Part shown: positions 7,101-13,383 of the stretch, piece by piece
How the letters are laid out: each line of letters starts with the position of its first letter
How positions within the stretch are numbered: the stretch's first letter is position 1
Origin: Promethearchaeati archaeon
GTDB lineage: Archaea; Asgardarchaeota; Heimdallarchaeia; JABLTI01
DNA: 15,800 nt
NCBI GenBank assembly: GCA_034660795.1
Contig: JAYEJY010000168.1
Span: 1-15,800, forward strand
Reading direction: 5' to 3'
Made by a program: the position numbers and the translations under genes
Notes under the pieces: model-generated
Databases searched by the model: none
What the model was told of the DNA's origin: nothing
Seen by the model: the letters and a program-made list of their open reading frames with translations, nothing else

Positions 7101-8188
7101 GTAATATTGTTTGGTGGATAACGACGGTTTTAGGGATATTATTTTTCCCTGGTATTGGATTTTGTATCTCTCTCGCACTATTTGATGAATGGTTAGATCG
7201 TAAATTTTACGCAGCTCTGCAAGATCGAATAGGTCCCCTACATACAGGTTTTAAGGGAATAATGCAACCTCTTGCTGATTTCTTGAAACTGATGGCTAAA
7301 GAAGATGTTGAACCAACAGTAGCCGATAAATGGGGTATGCGATTAACCGCAATATCCGCGTTAATTATACCTTTAGTCTCAATGCTCTTTATGCCAATTA
7401 TTGATACAACTGGGCTCATATCTTTTGAAGGTGACCTTTTGTTATTGGCGTTTCTAGGTACCTTATTAGCTATAATTATCTATCTTGCAGGCTGGTTCTC
7501 AGCCAATAGATTAGCTATGCCTGGAATGATGAGAGCGATCACTCAGTTATTGAGTTATGAAATTCCTTTGATGATATCATTGTTTGCTGTAGCATTACGA
7601 ACACAGTCATTATCAATTGCTGGCATAGTTGATTGGCAATTAACACATCACAGACCAACAATCTTCAGTCTTCCAATATTTTTGATGTTCGGTATATTCT
7701 TAATTTCGACCCAAGCAGAATTAGAACGAAGTCCTTTTGATATCCCAACAGCTGAAACAGAAATTGTTGGAGGTTGGGAAGTTGAATATTCTGGAAAGAA
7801 ACTTGCGTTTTTCAGATTAGGCTCTGATTTACAAATGATTTATGGTGCTAGCATCGGAACAGCATTATACTTAGGCGGACCCACTGGTGTTGAAATGTGG
7901 ATACCTGCATTTGCAAATACTCTTGCAACAACCCCAGGATATCATGTCTGGCCAATACTTTACTATACAGCAATGTTTATGCTGAAAACTTCGTTAATTG
8001 TACTTGTATTTGCAACAATAAGAGCACTCATGGCACGTTTACGAATTGAACAATTCTTAGAATTTTCATGGAAATGGCTTATTCCTATTGGACTTGGACT
8101 TATCATAGTAATCTTCTTCTGGGTTCCATGGATGGACGACATTTTATGGGACAGATTTGAGAATCTTGTAGAAGGAGTGACAACTTAA
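7097..8188 (+). CDS. nuoH: NuoH-like membrane subunit (ND1 / HycD / MbhM family)
   Basis: 363 aa, polytopic. LDRKFYAALQDRIGP...GIMQPLADFLKLMAKEDVEP is the NuoH signature (ER.....Q.R.GP...G..G.LQP.AD..K...KE...P). ELERSPFDIPTAETEIVGGW matches the conserved AE.E.EL.GF-type loop. The start overlaps the upstream stop (ATGA at 7097-7100). Confidence 0.9.
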   Translation: MSNIVWWITTVLGILFFPGIGFCISLALFDEWLDRKFYAALQDRIGPLHTGFKGIMQPLADFLKLMAKEDVEPTVADKWGMRLTAISALIIPLVSMLFMPIIDTTGLISFEGDLLLLAFLGTLLAIIIYLAGWFSANRLAMPGMMRAITQLLSYEIPLMISLFAVALRTQSLSIAGIVDWQLTHHRPTIFSLPIFLMFGIFLISTQAELERSPFDIPTAETEIVGGWEVEYSGKKLAFFRLGSDLQMIYGASIGTALYLGGPTGVEMWIPAFANTLATTPGYHVWPILYYTAMFMLKTSLIVLVFATIRALMARLRIEQFLEFSWKWLIPIGLGLIIVIFFWVPWMDDILWDRFENLVEGVTT

Positions 8189-8204
8189 ACAGGTGATATG
8201 AAAA

Positions 8205-8621
8205 ATGACACGACCTGCAGTAATAATTTGGGAAGCGTTAAAGAATGCATTCAAATGTAAGAAAGCAACCATAGATTATCCTTATGAAGAAGGTGTTAAA
8301 CCCGAAAAAGGTTTACGAGGAGCTCATCGCTTCGAAATCGAGAAATGCATCGGTTGCAGTAGATGTGCACGCGTATGCCCAGCTGACGCTATAGAAATGG
8401 TTCATTCAGACATCACTAGAACAAATAAACGACCCGTCATTAATCTCAGTGAATGTATTTTCTGTGCTCTCTGTGCAGATAATTGTCCAAAAGACTGTTT
8501 ACATATGACTGATTACATTGAACTTTCTGCTTTTAACCCAGAAGAAATGATTATTTATCAAAAAGAACCTCCAAAAGAAGAAATTTCTGAGGAGGAGGAA
8601 AAGAAGGAGAAATCAACCTAA
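8205..8621 (+). CDS. nuoI: NuoI-like 2x[4Fe-4S] ferredoxin subunit (MbhN/HycF type)
   Basis: 138 aa with two canonical motifs, CIGCSRCARVCP and CIFCALCADNCP. SD AGGTGA at 8191-8196. Charged Glu/Lys C-terminal tail. Confidence 0.9.
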   Translation: MTRPAVIIWEALKNAFKCKKATIDYPYEEGVKPEKGLRGAHRFEIEKCIGCSRCARVCPADAIEMVHSDITRTNKRPVINLSECIFCALCADNCPKDCLHMTDYIELSAFNPEEMIIYQKEPPKEEISEEEEKKEKST

Positions 8622-8638
8622 GAGTACCTTCTAGAAAA

Positions 8639-8971
8639 ATGGATGTGCAAAAAAATATGGATTTTAATTCAATATTATTAATAATCTTACTCGCGTTGGT
8701 AGTTCTTGCTGCCATTTTTGCTATAGAGCTCAAAGATTTGATTTATGCAGCCATTGCATTAGGAGTTCTAAGCATTGCACTAGCGGGTGTTTTTTGGATA
8801 TTAAATGCTCCTTGGGTTGCACTCTTCCAACTGATGATTTATGGAGGGGCTGTAACAATCCTCCTTATAACAACTGTTGCTCTTACTGAGCGACGAGAAA
8901 CAGGTGAACCTGTGGAGGATCTTGACGATATAGTCCCAACCAGAGAAAAACAGGAGGAATCAAGTGTATGA
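8639..8971 (+). CDS. nuoJ: NuoJ-like membrane subunit, N-terminal half (TM1-3; J1)
   Basis: 110 aa. LIYAAIALGVLSIALAGVFWILNAPWVALFQLMIYGGAVTILLITTVAL is collinear with the recalled E. coli NuoJ ALLYLIISLLAISGVFFSLGAYFAGALEIIVYAGAIMVLFVFVVMML, including the Y(A/G)GA helix-3 signature. ATG at 8657 is an alternative start. Confidence 0.7.
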   Translation: MDVQKNMDFNSILLIILLALVVLAAIFAIELKDLIYAAIALGVLSIALAGVFWILNAPWVALFQLMIYGGAVTILLITTVALTERRETGEPVEDLDDIVPTREKQEESSV

Positions 8972-9369
8972 AACCAAGAACATCTCAAATACTCAGTTTT
9001 GTGGTCGGGATTGTGCTAGCACTTAGCGTCTACGGCTTCATGATGTATGGTCTAAGAGATTTTAATGATCCAAATAACACTGATGATAGTTTTATAGGTT
9101 TAACTGATAACGACGACGATGACCGAGATAATTTTCCCTTTTTGAATTTAACAAATCTTTCTTATCATGAACTTGGTGAAAAGATGGGTGAATTGCTATG
9201 GAAAACACGAGCGATTGATGTTATTATTTTAGGCATCATATTAATTGTCGCCTCAGAATCAGCATCTTCAATAGTTAAAGGTATTGAAGAACAATGTGCG
9301 GAATTTCGTCAAGAATTATGTGAATCCAGTGAATACCTTGTTGTAACTGAAAAAGAGGAGGAGCAATAG
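8968..9369 (+). CDS. NuoJ-like membrane subunit, C-terminal half (J2), with a long acidic loop
   Basis: 133 aa: one N-terminal TM, a ~70-aa acidic loop (TDNDDDDRDNF), then LGEKMGELLWKTRAIDVIILGIILIVA. That last stretch resembles the NuoJ C-terminal LGxxLFTxYxxPFExxSxLLLxA segment. ATGA overlap with J1, and SD CAGGAGGA at 8951-8958. The assignment rests on position plus a weak motif. Confidence 0.5.
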   Translation: MKPRTSQILSFVVGIVLALSVYGFMMYGLRDFNDPNNTDDSFIGLTDNDDDDRDNFPFLNLTNLSYHELGEKMGELLWKTRAIDVIILGIILIVASESASSIVKGIEEQCAEFRQELCESSEYLVVTEKEEEQ

Positions 9370-9371
9370 CA

Positions 9372-9704
9372 ATGGATATACCATTTGATAACATTTATGT
9401 GATATTAGGATTTTCAGTGGCATTGTTAGTAATTGGTGTCTATACTTTTGCAGCAAAGAAAAACATGATCAAATATTTGATCGCCATTGAACTTTTGTTA
9501 GATGCAGCTCATCTTAATTTTATTGCATTCTCAAATATTTTTGGTGCTACAGGTGAGTTTGTCGATCCACTACCTCATGCTGTCGTAACTGTCAGTATTT
9601 GTATTGGTGGATGTGTTGCTGGCGTTGCGTTAGCCTTGATAATTCAAGCCTATCGCGTACACGGTACGATAAATTCTCAGAAATTATCCAACTTGAAATA
9701 TTAG
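9372..9704 (+). CDS. nuoK: NuoK / MrpC (MnhC)-family small membrane subunit
   Basis: 110 aa, 3 TM. KKNMIKYLIAIELLLDAAHLNFIAF matches the NuoK/MrpC TM2 (conserved Glu present). DPLPHAVVTVSICIGG..ALALIIQAYR matches the MrpC-type DPLPQALILTAIVI....YR string. SD GAGGAGGAG lies upstream. Confidence 0.85.
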   Translation: MDIPFDNIYVILGFSVALLVIGVYTFAAKKNMIKYLIAIELLLDAAHLNFIAFSNIFGATGEFVDPLPHAVVTVSICIGGCVAGVALALIIQAYRVHGTINSQKLSNLKY

Positions 9705-9720
9705 GAGTGTATCAAAAAAA

Positions 9721-11847
9721 ATGTTCTCACAATATACCCCTATTATTAATTGGGCTGTACCTTTTGCTGGAGCTATTATTACTCCAATAATCGGTTTTAT
9801 CGCTGGTAAAATTAAGGAAGGAAAAACACAAGAAGTGTTATATTTTATCCGTAATTGGTTTGCAACCTTTACAGCAGCTATTTCCTTTATCTTTAGTTTA
9901 TCAATGGTTCCCGATGTTTTTGGAGGCTCTGGTGGAGAAACAGTCTGGGCTACATGGTTCTCCGGGCTACTCGATAAAAACCTGAATCCTATGATTGTTG
10001 AGTTTGGCACTTTAGTTGATCCGTTATCTGTCATGGTAGCGTGTTTCGCCTCAGGTGTAGGCTTAATGATTATGATTTATGGAGTTGGTTATATGAAAGG
10101 AGACAAACACCTTGATAGATATTGGTTTGAAATGCAAGCCTTTATTGGTGGGATGGTTCTCCTTGTAATGTCAAATAATCTCTTCATGACCTATGTTGGT
10201 TGGGAGATTGTTGGATTCTGTTCATATGCATTAATCGGGTACTACTTTAATAAAAAAGAAAAACAAGACCCTAGGGAATTAACACTACAGGAAGAAACTG
10301 AAGGTGATTACAATTCTCATGCAGGATTGAAAGCATTCATCACAACACGTATAGGTGATGTTATGATGCTCATGGGTATACTCATAGTTTTCTTCTATGC
10401 TGGCACCTTTAGTTATATGGATTTACTCGCTGATCTTTCCTGGATAACAGCACTGAAAAACAATAATATTTTGATCTTAACAGCTATCCTAATTTTTGGA
10501 GGACCTATTGGCAAATCAGCTCAATTCCCATTACAGGTTTGGTTGCCAGAAGCCATGGCAGGTCCAACAACAGTTTCTGCGCTAATTCACGCTGCAGCAA
10601 TGGTAAAAGCAGGTGTATACATGGTGACACGAACCTTCCCAATGTGGTATTTAGGACTGCATGATCTTGGTTTTGAAAATTTGAAGATATACTTCTTATT
10701 TGTTGCTGCTATTGGTGGTTTTACTGCCTTCATGGCTGCTACCATGGGTACAGCTTCACTAGAATTGAAGAAAGTCTTAGCTTTCAGTACCATCAGTCAA
10801 TTAGGCTATATGTTTATGTCTCTCGGTGTTGGTGGACTTATTGAACCAGAAGCTGGTGTCGTAGATTTTAACGGTTTCTTTGGTGGAACATTTCACATGC
10901 TTTCTCATGCAATGTTTAAGGCACTCCTGTTCTTATCTGCAGGTGCTGTTCTTCATGCTGTCCATAGTAAATATATGGATCGTATGGGAGGCTTGCGAAA
11001 AGATATGCCAAAAGTCTTTTGGCCGATGCTTGTAGGTGGTCTTTCGCTTGCAGGTATACCGCCGTTAGGAGGCTTTTTCAGCAAGGAATCAATCTTTGCC
11101 ACATGTCACCACTTGGGATCACAAGGCAATCCAGTAGGTTGGATATTCTTAGCCGTTGGAGCTATTGCAGCTGTTTTAACCTTATTCTACACTATTAGAT
11201 TCCTCGCTTTCACTTTTAGCGGAGAAAAATCAGAGAATGTACTCGAAGTTGAAGAACACCAAGGCGGTCATTTACACAAAACACACCCAACAATGTGGAT
11301 TCCACTAATATTATTAGCAGCTGGAACAATTGTAAGTGGATTTATTGGACCATTTGTAGAACAATTCATGAGTTCAAATACTTGGTTTAGTGCTGCAACA
11401 ACCTTTACTGTAGAAGAATTTCATCTGAATTATGGGCACTATCTTGCTCATACATTTGGCTCATGGACCTTTTACGGAGTAACCTTAGGCATTATTGCAG
11501 TAGGCGGTATCCCGGCATATTTCTTATTTGTTCAAAGAAAATGGGATCTCAAGAAACTAAAACAAGAAAATAAATTCATCAATGGACTTTACACAATCTT
11601 ACATCGTCGATGGTTTATCAATGATTTCTACTACATATTATTACGAGGATTTAAGAAATTTTCAGAATTAGCATACGAATATTTCGACTTACGAGTAATA
11701 GACCAATTAAATTACATTATAGCATCTGGTACAATGAAATCAGGCGAAGTTTTCCGAAAGACGCATACAGGAGTCCTGTCTGTGAACTTTATCTATCTAT
11801 TATTTGGCATAATGGCCATTTTAATAATATTACTATTTGCACTCTAG
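9721..11847 (+). CDS. nuoL: Antiporter-like subunit, NuoL / MrpA-N type, with C-terminal lateral-helix region
   Basis: 708 aa. Core motifs WEIVGFCSYALIGYYF, GKSAQFPLQVWLPEAMAGPTTVSALIHAAAMVKAGVY and FHMLSHAMFKALLFLSAG. The C-terminal RRWFINDFYY..FDLRVIDQLNY..RKTHTGVLSVNFIYLLFG plus a final TM matches the NuoL-specific amphipathic helix and anchor region. Confidence 0.92.
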   Translation: MFSQYTPIINWAVPFAGAIITPIIGFIAGKIKEGKTQEVLYFIRNWFATFTAAISFIFSLSMVPDVFGGSGGETVWATWFSGLLDKNLNPMIVEFGTLVDPLSVMVACFASGVGLMIMIYGVGYMKGDKHLDRYWFEMQAFIGGMVLLVMSNNLFMTYVGWEIVGFCSYALIGYYFNKKEKQDPRELTLQEETEGDYNSHAGLKAFITTRIGDVMMLMGILIVFFYAGTFSYMDLLADLSWITALKNNNILILTAILIFGGPIGKSAQFPLQVWLPEAMAGPTTVSALIHAAAMVKAGVYMVTRTFPMWYLGLHDLGFENLKIYFLFVAAIGGFTAFMAATMGTASLELKKVLAFSTISQLGYMFMSLGVGGLIEPEAGVVDFNGFFGGTFHMLSHAMFKALLFLSAGAVLHAVHSKYMDRMGGLRKDMPKVFWPMLVGGLSLAGIPPLGGFFSKESIFATCHHLGSQGNPVGWIFLAVGAIAAVLTLFYTIRFLAFTFSGEKSENVLEVEEHQGGHLHKTHPTMWIPLILLAAGTIVSGFIGPFVEQFMSSNTWFSAATTFTVEEFHLNYGHYLAHTFGSWTFYGVTLGIIAVGGIPAYFLFVQRKWDLKKLKQENKFINGLYTILHRRWFINDFYYILLRGFKKFSELAYEYFDLRVIDQLNYIIASGTMKSGEVFRKTHTGVLSVNFIYLLFGIMAILIILLFAL

Positions 11848-11863
11848 GAGGATTATCAAGACA

Positions 11864-13369
11864 ATGTTCAATACAACGTTATTAATATCAATAATTATCT
11901 TATTAGCAGCACCGCTGATAATCTTCATTATTGGTAATTGGAATGCTGATGTAGCAAAATGGTTGGCGTTTGCAGCAACACTAATTGCTGGTGTATTCTT
12001 TGCTCTCACCTTAGGTGATGTATTGAATTTAGGAATACATGAAGAAAGCTGGCCTTGGATGGACTTTATTGTTGGAAGCATTAATTTCAAAATCAGTTTT
12101 TCATTAATTGCTGATAATTTGAGCTTCCCTATCGTGGCAATCATTTTCATCTTGTCCTTAGCAGCAGTAATGTATAGCTTTAGCTATATGAAAGAAGAAA
12201 AAAATCTTGGAGTATATTATGCTTTACTGGTTCTCTACATCGCTGGTATGGTTGGTGTAGTGTTAGCTGGTGATCTTGTCCAATTTTACATTTTCTGGGA
12301 ATTAATGTTAATTCCATCATACTTCATTATTGCTCAATGGGGTTCAAAACCAAATAGTGTAAAAATTGCTTTCAAATATTTCATCTTTACTCATATTGGT
12401 GCAATGGCTATCCTAGCTGGCATAGGTGGTTTATGGGCCTATGGTTCACCAGATGGTAGTTTTACTATTGCAACACTCGATATGAGTTCCACACCCGCAA
12501 TTGCAATAAGATTACTGACGATCCTTTTCCTTGTAGGTTTTAGTGTCAAGATGGCAATCTTTCCAATTCACTCTTGGCTACCAGATACTCACAGTGAAGC
12601 ACCCACTCCAATAAGCGCCATTTTGTCTGGTGTAATGATCGAAACAGCCGCATATGGTATTCTTCGAATATGCACCGGAGTTATTGGTGAACCTGGTATG
12701 GGTGGATGGATGCGTTGGGTCTTAATCGGATTAGCGGTCTTCACAATGATGTACGGTGGAATCATGGCTTTGGCTCAAAAAGATACAAAGAGACTCTTTG
12801 CATATTCTTCAATATCGCAAATGGGTTACATATTCTTTGGTTTAGGCACATTTACCATGTTTGGATCAACTGGTTCAATGTTTCATATTGTCAGTCATGC
12901 CTTAGCAAAAGGCACTTTGTTTATGGTCGCTGGTATCTTAATGACACAAATCGGACATCATAAAGGACGAAACATCGAAAAACTAGGTGGTCTAGGATTG
13001 AAAATGCCTATTACAGCAATTGTTGCGATGATTGCAGCCTTGAGTCTTGCTGGCACACCACCACTAGCTGGCTTTATGTCAGAATGGATAATCTTCCAAG
13101 GTGGTTTACAAGCAAATAGTACTCTTGGCATAATCGCTGTAATCTTTGCAATACTTTCGACGGCCTTAACTGCTACTTATGTCTTGCTTTTCCTAAAGAA
13201 TGTCTTTTTAGGACCTGTGAAAGAAGAGTACGAAGACATTACAGATCCAAGTCCTTACATGTGGGTGCCTTTAGCAATAATTGCTATATTGAGTTTTGTT
13301 GTCGGCATCTTCCCAAATACAGTGCTAACATTCGTAACCGAAGTGGTTGCGAAAATTTTCGGAGCGTAG
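11864..13369 (+). CDS. nuoM: Antiporter-like subunit, NuoM / MrpD type
   Basis: ATG at 11864 is preferred over the ORF-track TTG at 11837, because SD TAGGAGGA (11845-11852) sits 11 nt upstream and the TTG start would overlap nuoL. Motifs: FYIFWELMLIPSYFII, VKMAIFPIHSWLPDTHSEAPTPISAILSGV, FAYSSISQMGYIF and FHIVSHALAKGTLFMVAG. Confidence 0.9.
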   Translation: MFNTTLLISIIILLAAPLIIFIIGNWNADVAKWLAFAATLIAGVFFALTLGDVLNLGIHEESWPWMDFIVGSINFKISFSLIADNLSFPIVAIIFILSLAAVMYSFSYMKEEKNLGVYYALLVLYIAGMVGVVLAGDLVQFYIFWELMLIPSYFIIAQWGSKPNSVKIAFKYFIFTHIGAMAILAGIGGLWAYGSPDGSFTIATLDMSSTPAIAIRLLTILFLVGFSVKMAIFPIHSWLPDTHSEAPTPISAILSGVMIETAAYGILRICTGVIGEPGMGGWMRWVLIGLAVFTMMYGGIMALAQKDTKRLFAYSSISQMGYIFFGLGTFTMFGSTGSMFHIVSHALAKGTLFMVAGILMTQIGHHKGRNIEKLGGLGLKMPITAIVAMIAALSLAGTPPLAGFMSEWIIFQGGLQANSTLGIIAVIFAILSTALTATYVLLFLKNVFLGPVKEEYEDITDPSPYMWVPLAIIAILSFVVGIFPNTVLTFVTEVVAKIFGA

Positions 13370-13383
13370 GAGATGATTAGAAA

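Noticed and set aside
5750-9369. Lys/Glu-rich low-complexity C-terminal tails on several subunits (NuoC-like ...[14 protein letters not shown], NuoI-like ...EEISEEEEKKEKST, J1 ...REKQEESSV, J2 ...TEKEEEQ) as a functional feature
   Set aside because: Such tails are a common by-product of AT-biased genomes, because the codons involved are AAA/GAA/AAT. Without orthologue conservation data there is no basis for a functional claim.
9684-10034. 116-aa ORF on the - strand across the nuoK/nuoL junction, and the 63-aa + strand ORF at 9599-9790
   Set aside because: Both lie entirely within or overlap strongly supported, motif-bearing CDSs. They have no SD and no recognisable motif. They are shadow ORFs of a membrane-protein gene.
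11833-12150. 105-aa - strand ORF antisense to nuoM, and the TTG start at 11837 for nuoM
   Set aside because: The antisense ORF has no start context or motif. The TTG start would overlap nuoL and ignore the good SD plus ATG at 11864.
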